A stretch of DNA of 63,922 nucleotides, filler included, from Chiloscyllium plagiosum (Eukaryota): assembly GCF_004010195.1 (NCBI RefSeq). It is 3 parts of one record of this genome, joined end to end, with 100 filler letters (N's around TTAATTAATTAA, not from the genome) between each part and the next. Parts side by side here need not be neighbours in the genome. Positions count along the whole stretch, not along the records: positions 56,164 to 63,922 come from NC_057714.1; 2 more parts are not named here. One strand, written 5' to 3'. Made by a program: the position numbers and the translations under genes. Positions 62,601 through 63,922 of the stretch are shown here, in pieces (within the stretch, counting starts at the first letter, position 1; every line of letters begins with the position of its first letter). Under the pieces are notes generated by a model that was given only the letters and a program-made list of their open reading frames with translations, ran no database searches and was not told the DNA's origin.

Positions 62601-62905
62601 TAGATTAGATTATATTACTTACAGTGTGGAAACAGGCCCAACATGTCCACACCAACCCGCCGAAGTGTAACCCACCCAGACCCATTCCCCTACATTTATC
62701 CCTTCACCTAACACTGTGGGCAATTTAGCATGGCCAATTCACCTGACCTGCACATTTTTGGACGGTGGGAGGAAACCGGAGCACCCGGAGGAAACCCACG
62801 CAGACACGGGGAGAATGTGCAAACTCCACACAGTCGCCTGAGGCAGGAATTGAACCCGGGTCTCTGGCGCTGTGTGGCAGCAGTGCTAACACTGTGCCAC
62901 CGGGC
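62601..62905 (-). mobile_element. HE1-type V-SINE nested in a CR1 3' end (62430-63008, +)
   Basis: GGTGTAG is repeated on both sides; flanks match the 52829 CR1 subfamily. Confidence 0.9.
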
Positions 62906-63196
62906 TGCTCTAAAGGTGTAGGGGGATGAGCTGAGAATAGTTCACAGGTCAGCACAACATCGAGGGTTGAAGGGCCTGTTCTGCGCTGTATTGCTCTATG
63001 TTCTATGTCACCACACACGGCACCATCATTGATCCCAAGGTACAAAAAAAACTTATATTCAAGGTAGTAAGAATAATGAGAGTTAAAAGTTAAGCAGGAC
63101 CTCATAGAATAGTAAAAAAAAGATAAGAGTTTATATTAAAGTCTTTCGCTGTTTAAACTAGGAAAATAAAGGAATAAGTTAGGAGTTCAGCAGTGT

Positions 63197-63552
63197 TCAT
63201 AGAGTCATAGAGATGTACAGCACAGAAACAGACCCTTCGGTCCAACTTGTCCACACTGGTTAAAACGGTCCTAAACTAATCTCATCCCATTTGCCTTCAC
63301 TTAGCCCATATCCCTCGAAATCCTTCCTATTCATATACCCATCCAGATGCCTTTTAAATGCTGTAATTGTACCAGCCTCCACCTCGTCCTCTGGCAGCTC
63401 ATTCCACACACGCACCACTTTCTGCATGAAAATGTTGCCCCTTAGGTCCCTTTTAAAATCTTTCCCCTCTCACCTTAATCCTATGCCCACCCCAGGGAAA
63501 AGATCTTGTCTATTTACCCAATCCATGCCCCTTATGATCTTATAAACCTCTA
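63197..63552 (-). mobile_element. CR1 3' end
   Basis: CATAGAGTCATAGAG tail and the standard CR1 3' region. Confidence 0.9.
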
Positions 63553-63867
63553 TTGATGAATCCTCCTCTTTTTACTTCTCCATTTCCTAACTTATTCCCA
63601 AGATTTGTAATGTTGGACATGTTATTTCTTCATTTTTCTCAGTTTTTTTTCTGAAAGAACATGTACTGAAAAGCCTGTGTCTAGGTACCTTGTACCTAAG
63701 AGAGCGACTTATAAACCTGTCACTGTACTCATGTGAGTACTTGATAATAAAGCTCAGTCTAATTGAATTCTTGCTTTGTTTTGGAACTTTGGAAAAAAAA
63801 GTCAAAACAACAACAGTTTAAAAGGGAGAAGAGCAGACAAAGGAAGCACATGGTGAGGACAGTGCAG

Positions 63868-63893
63868 GAGAGAGAGAGAGAGAGAGAGAGAGA
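63868..63893 (+). repeat. (GA)n microsatellite
   Basis: Direct reading. Confidence 0.95.
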
Positions 63894-63922
63894 ACCTGCA
63901 CAGTTACTGCCTTTGCTGTTTT

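Overview
Eukaryotic, repeat-dominated genomic DNA, almost certainly from a cartilaginous fish. Evidence: HE1-type V-SINEs, dense CR1 LINEs, DeuSINE remnants and Penelope-type repeats. A shark origin is my inference from repeat content only. The window is three contigs (1-27889, 27990-56063, 56164-63922) joined by artificial 100-nt N/TTAATTAATTAA linkers, so adjacency across the gaps is unproven. Only two host coding exons are recognisable, both on the minus strand: a TRIM-type RING(C3HC4)+B-box exon (44045-44509) and a PARP10-like N-terminal RRM exon (58794-58974). I could not find downstream exons for either. Nearly all other ORFs in the track are decayed transposon sequence or their antisense shadows. 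Most interesting structures: (1) a Tx1-clade LINE inserted repeatedly at one 12-14 bp site at the TATA box of a Gypsy LTR, with signs that its donor copies sat in the same LTR site; (2) many short Penelope terminal-repeat insertions carrying minimal hammerhead ribozyme motifs, often folded back into palindromes with copy-specific fold points and flanking direct repeats; (3) a LINE whose endonuclease region appears to start directly after a tRNA-derived SINE-type head, next to a SINE that looks like its internal-deletion derivative. Family names come from motif recognition, not database searches. TE boundaries are approximate.
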